Assembly (NCBI GenBank): GCA_944342025.1
Contig: CALVMD010000004.1
Span: 5,201-69,200 of the forward strand
Direction of reading: 5' to 3'
Origin: an uncultured Clostridia bacterium
GTDB taxonomy: Bacteria > Bacillota > Clostridia > Christensenellales > Borkfalkiaceae
DNA length: 64,000 nt
Program-made: the position numbers and the translations under genes
Shown: positions 29,108 through 38,160 of the stretch, in pieces
Position numbering within the stretch: the stretch's first letter is position 1
Layout: every line of letters starts with the position of its first letter
The notes under the pieces: model-generated
Told to the model about the DNA's origin: nothing
Database searches by the model: none
Seen by the model: only the letters and a program-made list of their open reading frames with translations

Positions 29108-30118
29108 TTATTTTGAATAGAATTTTCCGACGGCGTCAAAGAAAGCGTCAATGTTCTTCCAGGGGGTGGCGGGGGGGATGTCGCAGCCGGAAGAGATAAC
29201 GAAATTTTTATACTTGCAGCAGGCGTCCATGATCTCGGTCGTCGCTTTTTCAACGGTTTCGGGAGTGCCGTTGCGAAGAACGCCCGCGGGGTCTACGTTG
29301 CCCATCGCGATGGTGTCTGCGGGGATGTGTTTCATCATCTCCGCCATGTCGATCGCGTTGCCGAAGTGGTAGGCGTCCGCCCCCGTGGAGAGGATGGAGT
29401 CGATCGTGAGGATCGCCGTGTTGCCGCAGTTGTGATAGATGACGATAAAATCTTCGTCCTTTACGGCGTCGTTGATCTTTTTGACGTACCGAGCCGAAAA
29501 TTCTTCCGCCAGGTCGGGGGAAAGCAGCCCTGCGAGCGGTTCCGCCATTACGATGCCGTCCGCGCCTGCCGCTTTGTACGCCTTAATGTAATCGATGAGA
29601 AAAGCAGACGCCTTTTCGAGCACCGTATGCATCATTTCGGGTTCTTCGTAGCAGTAGATCATCGCCTCCGTCACGTCGGTGAGCCTGCCCGCCAGAGAAA
29701 ACGGCCCGATGACGCCCGCAAATACAGGCCTGTCGGTGATCTTTTTCGCGGCGAGACGGATCGCATCGATGTAAATATCCGTCCTGCCCGAGCCGACGGC
29801 AGGCACTTTCAGCGCCTCGGCGTCTTCGGGCGTGCTGACGACGCAGCCCGTGACGGTGGGGACTTCGTCTTCGGAGATGTGGATGGGTGCGCCGAAGCAT
29901 TCCGCTTCGACGGAAAGGTCCATCAGCGACACAGATGCCGCGGAGGGCACTCGCGCTGCGACTGCCGCCATGGCATTCGCCTGGTTTTCTGCCGAAAAGA
30001 TGAGGTCTTTCACGTTGATGCCGAGAAGGCTCGCCCCCGGGAAAGAAAGGACGGGCAACGCTTTTTTGACGTCTGATGCGATCATGTCGCTCAGCCATTT
30101 ACGCATGTTTTTGTTCAT
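29108..30118 (-). CDS. MtaA/CmuA family methylcobamide methyltransferase (URO-D fold)
   Basis: DLSVEAECFG, GPFSLA, YHNCG (HxC), GNVDP, SSGCDIP (third Zn ligand Cys). Confidence 0.88.
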   Translation of the reverse strand: MNKNMRKWLSDMIASDVKKALPVLSFPGASLLGINVKDLIFSAENQANAMAAVAARVPSAASVSLMDLSVEAECFGAPIHISEDEVPTVTGCVVSTPEDAEALKVPAVGSGRTDIYIDAIRLAAKKITDRPVFAGVIGPFSLAGRLTDVTEAMIYCYEEPEMMHTVLEKASAFLIDYIKAYKAAGADGIVMAEPLAGLLSPDLAEEFSARYVKKINDAVKDEDFIVIYHNCGNTAILTIDSILSTGADAYHFGNAIDMAEMMKHIPADTIAMGNVDPAGVLRNGTPETVEKATTEIMDACCKYKNFVISSGCDIPPATPWKNIDAFFDAVGKFYSK

Positions 30119-30164
30119 GATCTTCCTCCTGATTTTTTAGGGTCATTGGATTTTTGTTACTGTC

Positions 30165-30227
30165 ATTATATCAAAAACAATAAACCGACGCACTATACCC
30201 CGTTGCGCAAATATAGCAAAATCTTGC
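30165..30227 (-). promoter_or_regulatory. mtaA-like promoter with tandem AraC-type site
   Basis: TGaTATAAT (-10 at 30170-30165), no good -35; GCAAGATTTTGC at 30227-30216 and GCAA 21 bp downstream. Confidence 0.62.
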
Positions 30228-30281
30228 AGGAACGCGCTTCGCCCCGGGCGGGAGAGAAACGATTTTTAGCAAAATTTTACC

Positions 30282-30310
30282 TTGAAAATTGAAAAAGGGT
30301 GTGTTATAAT
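30282..30310 (+). promoter_or_regulatory. Orphan sigma-A promoter
   Basis: TTGAAA-N17-TATAAT with TG extension; no sense CDS immediately downstream. Confidence 0.5.
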
Positions 30311-30329
30311 CGGGCAAGTTCGAAAATTC

Positions 30330-30369
30330 AGACACCGCGGTGTCTCTTTTTGGTGGAACCAAAAAGAGA
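30330..30369. terminator. Overlapping hairpins / terminator
   Basis: AGACACCGCGGTGTCT perfect palindrome overlapping TCTCTTTTTGGT-GGA-ACCAAAAAGAGA. Confidence 0.55.
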
Positions 30370-30396
30370 AGTCCATTTAACAGTAATCTGTGCGGA

Positions 30397-31302
30397 TCAG
30401 ATATTGTCGGTCGATTCCCGCGGGACGGGGTAGCATTTGATGTAGGTGATCTTCGAATGTTTGGACGGGCGTGTCATTTTATTGACCAGGGCGTTTACAA
30501 GCTCTTTGCCGAGCATCGTCTTATCTACGTTGATGGTGGAAAGGTGCGGGGTCGTGTATTTGCTGGTCGGAGAGTTTTCAAAGCCGATCACTTTAATCCG
30601 TTCGGGGACGGGAATGTCCAGCATCTTCAGCGCTTCCAGAGTCATCGAGGCGATGTAATCGTTGGCGCAGACAAAGCAGTCGGGCAGTTTTGCCTTTGCG
30701 ATGAGAGCGGACAGTCTTTCCAAATTGCTGTAGGGCAGGTCGTTGCCCGCGAGGATGTTGCAGCGCGGGTCGTAAGGGATGTTTCGCAGAAACATTGCGT
30801 CGCGCATGCCCAAATATCGTTCGTAGAAGGAAAGACAGTTTTTGTAATACCCCACGAAGCCGAACGAACGGCAGTTGCCTTTATCGATCAGCGTGAGGCA
30901 ATACGATTTCACGGCGTTCAGGTTTTCCATCATCACTACGTCGTAATTGAAATTGGGCGCCGTATCGGAAAAAACGGTGTCCATGAATACGATGGGAAGA
31001 TTGAGGGACACAACTTGCTCGATCAGATGCTCGTCGAAAAATTCCATGCATAAGATCCCGTCCACCTTGGATTTTTCGATATAACTTTTCAGGTTTTCAA
31101 AAAACTTGTCGGATGAAAGGGTGTACCGCAAGAGGCTCAGGTTCAGCCGCGCCAATTCGTTTTCGATGCTGCGCAGAACATAGATGTGGAAGGGGATATT
31201 CATGAGCATGCGCGTGGAAAGAAGAAGGATCTTTTTGTCTTTCAGCTTTTCAGCCGGTTCGAACGATTTCGGAAAGCTCTTGTACCCCAACTCCGCCGCC
31301 GC
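30397..31302 (-). pseudogene. LacI family regulator lacking N-terminal HTH (cluster II)
   Basis: Begins at hinge AAELGYK; paralogous to 11528..12562 (KKILLLS, GILCMEFFD, CAND, PHLSTINVDK); no HTH or start. Confidence 0.85.
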
Positions 31303-32671
31303 AACGCTCGCCATGGAAGAGGGCGTCATGCGCCTCGACGTGACCAACGCGGGCGACAGCCTGGGCGACGTGCGCCTGATGCGCTCCGAGTTTACGCCGA
31401 CCCCCAGCGCGGATCAGCTCGTCGAATACGAACTCATCCTCACGATGAAAGCTTCTGCCAACATCCTGTTCAGCATGGCGGTCAATCACAATACCGTGGG
31501 CGGCGCGACGGATGCGTGGGCGCCTTTGGACAGTGAATATAACGTGCCGATGGGGACGACGTATGCGGAATACAGCATGACCTTCCAGTCTCCCGCAGAA
31601 GCGGACCAGAATCTCCAGTTCATTTTCGAGATGGGCCAGCACGATTTCGGCACGCCCGATGCGCCCAACAAGCAGAATCCCGATGCTTATACTATCGATA
31701 TTTTGTATTTGAAACTTGTCGAAAGGACCGGCTCAGAAACGCTTACATCCGTATATAAATCCGATTATACGGCGGCGCAACCTGCGATCTCCATGAGCAA
31801 TGCCGAAATGGGCAGCATTTCCTGCGCGGACGGCAAAGCGGTTGCTTCGATCACCGGTTACAGCACGGGAGGGTCCTGGGCGAACAAGATCGAGCAGGAT
31901 ACGACGCTGACCGTAAATTCGGGGAATAAGTATCGCCTCTCAATCACGATGACGGCGGAAAACGCGCAGTCGGGAGAGGTTTGCGTCGAGGATAAGACGC
32001 TCGAATGGCAGGCGCGCGCACTGTATACGGGCTTTACGCTCGAAGCGGGCAAAGAGACGACGATCACCTGCGATTTCAACCAGACTTATACCGAAATCGC
32101 AAATGTGTGCGTCAAGATCTATGTCGGAACGGCGTCGGCAGGCGTGACGAGCAACACGATCACGATCTCGAACATCGAGATCAGCCAGGTCGGCGGCGAT
32201 TTTGCTTCCGATACGTCGCTCTATCGCTTTGTTCCTTATAACAAAGATACCGATTGGAATTACTTTAACGGCAAAGAAGTGGCGCTCGATTCGGGTATGG
32301 GCACCATGTATGAAAAGGATGGGACTCTTTTCTATCGAATCGATGAAATTTCGACCGTGGATTATGGAAACAAGTTGTTTATCAATAAGATTAAGCTGGA
32401 AAAGAATGCGCTTTACAGGGTGAGCTTTACGATGAAAGCGAATAAGCCGGGTACGGTATGGTTCATTCTCAACCCGTACGGCGAATATGACCCTCGCATC
32501 AGCGCAACCTTCAACTTCACGACCGAAGAGCAGACTTTCACCTGCGAAACGACGGGCGAATTCGTCCTCGATATGGACTTCGAACTCGTTTGGTCGTTCG
32601 GACAAGGTTACAACACGGAAGGTGACTACACCATTGAAATTTCGGGTGTCACGATCACAAAGTTGACCTGA
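31295..32671 (+). pseudogene. 5'-truncated paralog of the CBM-like surface lipoprotein
   Basis: RFVPYN.DT...FNG, DYGNK, YRVSFTMKAN, TTEEQTFT match 16342..18117; signal peptide and Ig domain missing. Confidence 0.8.
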
Positions 32672-32756
32672 TCGGACGAATGTAGTAAAATAATTTCGAA
32701 TATGCGGTTTATGCCGCTGCCTGTGCAGCGGCATAAATCGGATTTCGGAGAAGAGT

Positions 32757-34127
32757 ATGATTTATTTGAGAGAAACGGCGGACAAATATATACGTCAGAA
32801 TCTGAACAACGGATCGAAGGACTTCAAGCCGAAATATCATTTTTCGGCGCAGGTGGGCTGGATCAACGACCCGAACGGGCTGATCTATTACGACGGGTAT
32901 TTTCACGTATTCTATCAGTATTACCCGTACTCGCTCCAATGGGGCCCCATGCACTGGGGTCACGCTCGCAGCAAAAACCTCATCGACTTCGAATATCTGC
33001 CCGTGGCTTTGGCGCCCGATGCACCTTTCGAGAGCGGCTGTTTTTCGGGCGGCGCGGTCCTGGACAAGGACAATAAAGAGATTCACGTCCTCTACACGCG
33101 CAACTATGAGGACGATAAAACGGTGCGGCAGACGCAATATCACGCATATTCCGCCGACGGGGTGAATTTCACCAAAGTCGAGCGCGCCGCCATCGGAGAG
33201 GAACAGCTTCCGCCGGGCTTCCGCGTCTCGTCCTTCCGCGATCCCAACCCCGTACGCATCGGCGACAGGTACTATGTGGTCGTGGGAGCGCAGAGAGAGA
33301 GCAAAACGGGCGCGGTCCTCGTCTATTCATCCAAAGATATGAGCGAATTCGAGTATGAATTCGCCATCGAGAACGAAAATTTCGGAGAGATGGTGGAATG
33401 TCCCGATCTCTTCATGCTGGGAGGCAGGGCCGTGCTAACGCTATCGGTCATCGCGCTCAAAAGCGACAGGCTCACCAATATCGACGGAAAGGCGAACTTG
33501 TATGCGGTCATGGACATCGATTTTGAAAATAAAACGTATTCCTTCCGCCATATCGACAGCCTGGACGAGGGCACCGATTTTTATGCCCCGCAGAGCGTCG
33601 AAGACGGAAACGGCCGCCGCATCATGCTGGCGTGGCTGGATATGTGGAACAACAACCCCTTTCCGCTGCGCAATAAATTCGTATCTAACGGCGTGTATAC
33701 GCTGCCGAGGGAGCTTTCTCTCAACGGCGACACGCTGCTGCAATACCCCCTGCGGGAGGCGAAGGAGATCTTCCGCACGCCGTTTGACGTGAAAAAGGGC
33801 TGCTCGATGCCGAAAACATCGTATGCGGCGCTGGAAATGGAGGAGGGCTCCGTCTTTTCTTTCGGCTTTGCGGGGGAGGGTTTTACGCTCCGCGTAACGG
33901 ACGGATATTTTTTCGTGGAGCAGAAACAGAAAAATCACATTTCCGCCGTGCGGCGCGGCAAAGCGCGGGCGGAAACTTTCAACGCGGAGGTCTTTTCGGA
34001 CAATTGTTCGGTGGAGATCTTCGCGGGAGGGCGCGACGTGTTCAGTGCGCAGGCATTCATAGAATGCGACCGCTATGTAATTTCGCAGGCGGAAAAACTC
34101 AAAGTGCGGCGCGCCGCATATATCTGA
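32757..34127 (+). CDS. GH32 beta-fructofuranosidase (sucrose-6-phosphate hydrolase-like)
   Basis: WINDPNG, MHWGHA, FSG, FRDP, ECP, FYAPQ, LPREL. Confidence 0.92.
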   Translation: MIYLRETADKYIRQNLNNGSKDFKPKYHFSAQVGWINDPNGLIYYDGYFHVFYQYYPYSLQWGPMHWGHARSKNLIDFEYLPVALAPDAPFESGCFSGGAVLDKDNKEIHVLYTRNYEDDKTVRQTQYHAYSADGVNFTKVERAAIGEEQLPPGFRVSSFRDPNPVRIGDRYYVVVGAQRESKTGAVLVYSSKDMSEFEYEFAIENENFGEMVECPDLFMLGGRAVLTLSVIALKSDRLTNIDGKANLYAVMDIDFENKTYSFRHIDSLDEGTDFYAPQSVEDGNGRRIMLAWLDMWNNNPFPLRNKFVSNGVYTLPRELSLNGDTLLQYPLREAKEIFRTPFDVKKGCSMPKTSYAALEMEEGSVFSFGFAGEGFTLRVTDGYFFVEQKQKNHISAVRRGKARAETFNAEVFSDNCSVEIFAGGRDVFSAQAFIECDRYVISQAEKLKVRRAAYI

Positions 34128-34142
34128 GATCTCGGAGTTAAG

Positions 34143-35642
34143 ATGAAAAAAATCGTGTGTTTGATCATGGCAGTCCTGACGATGGGCGTTCTGGCGGCGT
34201 GCGGCCCGAACGGCGGCAAATCGGCAGAGCCGGACGTTGCCGACCTTTCCGGATTGGGTGAGTACGGGCAGGAGAACAATATCGATTACCGATATTTCTG
34301 GAAACCGCCGCAGTCCAACGGCTATGTGGGCGACCCCATGCCCTATTATGAAGACGGCGTTTACAGCATTTTCTATCTGCAGGACGAGGGCGGGAGCGTC
34401 CGCCACAGCATTTTCCGTGTGGACACGACCGACTTTATCCATTACGAATACAAGGGCGAAGTGCTTCGCTCGGGCGACTCTTCCACTTCGCAGGATTACT
34501 GGATCGGCACGGGTTCGGTCGTCAAGGCGGGGGAAGACTATTACTTTTTCTATACGGGCCACAATCCCAATATGGAAAGCGTGGACGGCGGTCCCTGGGA
34601 GAAAGTCCTCGTCGCAAAGTCGGAAGGGGATCTCGATCATTTCGTCAAGGTCGAAGATTTCGAGATCGCGCCTCCCGCGCAGTATTCGCAGGTCGATTTC
34701 CGCGATCCGCAGGCGTATTTTAACGAAGAGACGAACTCTTTCGACATTACGGTCGAAACGAACGCGGGCGGCGTGCCCCTGATCGTCAAATTTACCGTTT
34801 CGCTCGACCTGAAAACGGTCACGCACGACGGGATCGTGTTTCAGGACACGGCAAACGGGTTCTGGAACCTCGAATGCGCCGACATCACCTATCAGAACGG
34901 AAAGTATTACATGGTCTATTCGGGGCAGCCCAACGATACCGTCTGGTATACCGTCAGCGACGAGATGTTTTCGGGCTACGGCACGCCGACCCGGCTGGAG
35001 GGCAAGCACTTCTATGCCGCAAAGATGGTCGAAGGGGATGCCGGCACCTTTTTGGTCGGCTGGGTCTACCGCCGCAGCAGTTTTTCGGACACGTCCGATC
35101 TGTATTGGGGCGGACATCTGGTCGCGCACAGGATGATCTTCAATGAAGACGGCACCGTCTCTTTGACCCATCCCGACGGGATCGGAGGTTATTTCGGTTA
35201 TGAAGAGGAAACGGAACACGGCGAGTTGACCGTGTCGAGCGGGAACCGCATGTTTGCCGAGGCGTACGAAAGTTTCATGCTGAAGGGCTCTTTCCGCTTT
35301 TCGGGCGGCGAAAAATTCGGGCTGGTGCTCGGCTACGGCAACGATCCTTCTGCGTACCGCTATGTCGAATACGCCCCCGGAACGGGCGTTCTGGGTTACA
35401 GGATCGAGGGCAGGAGCGCGAACGAGTGCGAGGTCGCCATACCGCTCGAAGAGAATACCGATTATACGTTTACGTATTTGCAGGAAGGGTCTGTCGCCGC
35501 TCTGTATATCGACGGTGTTCCCGGCGGCGCACTCTCCTTCCGCACGCACGGCACCAACAATACGATGATCGCCTTTTTCTCGGACGGCAGCACGCTGAGC
35601 GTGAAGGATCTGAAACAGTATCTTCGCAGCAAGGAGGCGTGA
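34143..35642 (+). CDS. GH32 lipoprotein (endo-levanase-like subgroup)
   Basis: Lipobox LAAC; YVGDPMP, IGTGSV, FRDP, LECAD, FYAAK, WGGHL. Confidence 0.85.
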   Translation: MKKIVCLIMAVLTMGVLAACGPNGGKSAEPDVADLSGLGEYGQENNIDYRYFWKPPQSNGYVGDPMPYYEDGVYSIFYLQDEGGSVRHSIFRVDTTDFIHYEYKGEVLRSGDSSTSQDYWIGTGSVVKAGEDYYFFYTGHNPNMESVDGGPWEKVLVAKSEGDLDHFVKVEDFEIAPPAQYSQVDFRDPQAYFNEETNSFDITVETNAGGVPLIVKFTVSLDLKTVTHDGIVFQDTANGFWNLECADITYQNGKYYMVYSGQPNDTVWYTVSDEMFSGYGTPTRLEGKHFYAAKMVEGDAGTFLVGWVYRRSSFSDTSDLYWGGHLVAHRMIFNEDGTVSLTHPDGIGGYFGYEEETEHGELTVSSGNRMFAEAYESFMLKGSFRFSGGEKFGLVLGYGNDPSAYRYVEYAPGTGVLGYRIEGRSANECEVAIPLEENTDYTFTYLQEGSVAALYIDGVPGGALSFRTHGTNNTMIAFFSDGSTLSVKDLKQYLRSKEA

Positions 35643-35645
35643 CGC

Positions 35646-36911
35646 ATGATCTTCGAGTGCAAAAATCATGTCACGTGGGACACGTGGATGTATTTCCGCG
35701 ATAACAAATATTATCTGTACTATCTCATCACCGACCGTTCGGGCGGCGAAGGGTTCGGCGTCGCCGTCAGCGAAGACGGCATTCATTACGAGGACCGGGG
35801 CACCTGCATTACGGCATCCGACAAGATGGTCATCTACCTCGGGACGGGAGCAGTGTGGGAAAGCCCGGATTTCGAAAAGGATAAAACGTTTATCTGCAAC
35901 TATTCGGAATGGCGGCGGGATGAATCTACGGGAAAGCATTATCAGAACATCTTTTTTGCAACGAGCAAAGATCTCATTCATTGGGAAAAGACGGGCGAGG
36001 ACGGCGTTTTTCCCGTCGACGAAAGGTATTACGTGCGCTGCGACGAAGACGGCGGGCGGTGGGACTGCATTTACCCCAACCGCACGGCGGAAGGATACGA
36101 GGGCTTTTTTACGGCGACGCCCAAAGAGTATATCGGCTGCGGCTATGCCGTGAGCGAAGACGGACTCAGATGGATGGCGAAAAAACCGCCGAGATTTTCC
36201 TTGGACGGTTATGACGACATCAGACAGGGCGTCGAGGCGGGCGCCGTGTGCGTGCACGGGGGCAAATATTATATGCTCATGGGAACGTATCTCTACCGTT
36301 ACGGCATGAGCGTGATGGTTTCGGACAGCCCCGACGGCATTTACCGCCCGCAGAAGAAGAATTTTTCGCTCCTGTCCAACCGTTCGTTCATGCACGCCTA
36401 TTTCATGCGCATAGCGGACGTGAACGGGAAGAAATACGTGAACCATCACGTCCTTTTGCGCGAGACCAACGAGTTCGGCAGAAATACGACGCTCGCCGCG
36501 CCTCTCAAAGAGATCGATTTCGACGAAGAGGGGATCCTGCGGCTCAGATGGGCGGCGCTGAACGAGGGGCTCAAGGGCGAAGAGATCTCCGATTTCGATT
36601 TTGAAAACGGGTTCGTCGCGGAATACGAGAGCGCGAAGACAGACGAAATCTCTTTTAAAACGGATAAAGAGACGGTCACGCTGCAATTCGGGTTTGACGA
36701 TTGCAGCCTGAAAATTTTTGAAAACGGCGTCCTTGCGGAAGATATATGCAAGGATGTGTGCGCGGCGGGCAGGCGCGTGCGGATCCTGTACAGGAATACG
36801 CTCATGGAAGTGTATGCGGACGATTATTTCGTGACTTGTTATACTTTCAAAGACGGCGTGCGCACGGTCGAAAATCAAAACGGGCAGAAGATCTGGAGGA
36901 TCAATTTATGA
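35646..36911 (+). CDS. Putative five-bladed beta-propeller glycoside hydrolase (divergent clan GH-J/GH43-like)
   Basis: WDTW, AVSEDGIHY, GTGAV, SKDLIHW, RWD, VSEDGLRW, VEA, SDSPDG.Y; truncated beta-sandwich tail. Confidence 0.6.
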   Translation: MIFECKNHVTWDTWMYFRDNKYYLYYLITDRSGGEGFGVAVSEDGIHYEDRGTCITASDKMVIYLGTGAVWESPDFEKDKTFICNYSEWRRDESTGKHYQNIFFATSKDLIHWEKTGEDGVFPVDERYYVRCDEDGGRWDCIYPNRTAEGYEGFFTATPKEYIGCGYAVSEDGLRWMAKKPPRFSLDGYDDIRQGVEAGAVCVHGGKYYMLMGTYLYRYGMSVMVSDSPDGIYRPQKKNFSLLSNRSFMHAYFMRIADVNGKKYVNHHVLLRETNEFGRNTTLAAPLKEIDFDEEGILRLRWAALNEGLKGEEISDFDFENGFVAEYESAKTDEISFKTDKETVTLQFGFDDCSLKIFENGVLAEDICKDVCAAGRRVRILYRNTLMEVYADDYFVTCYTFKDGVRTVENQNGQKIWRINL

Positions 36912-38145
36912 CGGGAAGGGAACGCATCCTGCGGGCGATCGATCATCAGCCGACGGACAGGATCCCCGTAGATTTCGGGGGCACCGTTCGAGCGGCATTT
37001 CGGTGCAGAGCTATATCAAACTCAGGGAGGCGCTCGGGCTGCCGCCTTCCAAGCTCTATATTTATGACTTTATCCAGCAGCTCGTGCTGATCGAAGACGA
37101 CGTATACGAGAGGATTCCGACCGACGTCGTGCAGCTCGGGCAGGTCTATCTCGGCCGCCCCGATTACTGGCAGGATTGGACGCTCGAAGACGGGACACCC
37201 TGCAAGATCCCCGCTTATATTAACGTGGTGCGCCGCGACGACGGCGACGTCGTGTACGGCGAGGACGGCGAGGTCATCTGCATCAAAAAAAAGGGATGCC
37301 TGTATTTCGAACAGACGTGTTTCCCCTATGCGGATTCGGACGACGAAGCGTTCGACGATATCCTGCAAAAGCTGAATAAGATCATGTGGTGGAAACTCGG
37401 CGTGCCGCCCGCTCCCGCGGGGTATGACGAGGCGGGGCTTGCCAGGATGCGCGAAGACGCGAAGGAATTGCGTTCGAAGACGGATAAGGCGATCTATGCG
37501 ATCTTCGGCGGGAATCTGGTCGAGATGAGCCAGTTTGCTTTCCGCATCGACAACATTATGTGCGAGATGGCGCTCAGCCCCGACAGAGTGCATAAATTTT
37601 TGGATAAACTGATGGAAATGCACCGCGCAAACCTGAAAAAGTTTGTGGACGCGGTGGGGGATTATGTGGACATCATCGGGTTCGGCGACGATATGGGCAC
37701 GCAGAACGGCCCGCAGTTCTCTCCCGATATGTACAGGGAGTTTTATCAGCCCCGGCACAAAGAACTGTGGAGCGCGGTGCGCAAGTATAATCCGGATCTC
37801 CGCACCAATCTGCATTGCTGCGGAAGCATCGACAGGCTGCTGGACGACATCATCGACGCGGGCATAGACAGCATCAATCCCGTGCAGATCAGCTGCAGCG
37901 GCATGGAGCCGGAACATCTCAAAGAAAAATTCGGCGACCGCATGGCGTTCTGGGGCGGCGGCTGCGCATCGAACGTGTGCATGTCGGGGACGAAAGAAGA
38001 GATCGAGGCGCATGTGAAACACAATATCGATATCTTTTCGAAGGGGAGCGGGTTCATCTTCCAGCATGTGCATAACATCCTCGCGAACGTGTCCCCCGAG
38101 AATTTCCTCGCGATGTTCGACGCCGTGCGCGGATACGGGCGCTGA
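36908..38145 (+). pseudogene. URO-D/MtaA-CmuA family protein with 1-nt frameshift (cluster II); may be a sequencing error
   Basis: MTGRERI...DRIPVDFGG in one frame and RSSGISVQ...GDDMG...LHCCG...WGGG...QHVHNI in another; one extra G in G5 (36977-36981) restores FGGHRSSGIS. Confidence 0.82.
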
Positions 38146-38160
38146 GCGAGGAGGGAGCAT

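Noticed and set aside
30340-31053. 237-aa plus-strand ORF downstream of the orphan promoter
   Set aside because: Antisense to the lacI remnant, starts inside a hairpin, no RBS or motifs.
31184-31294. N-terminus of the 495-aa ORF and the 31347 start of the LacI ORF as real overlapping genes
   Set aside because: Each extension is just the antisense of the other truncated gene across the deletion junction.
33441-36878. 1145-aa minus-strand ORF
   Set aside because: Antisense shadow of three plus-strand GH genes; no motifs; expected from GC-rich codon bias.
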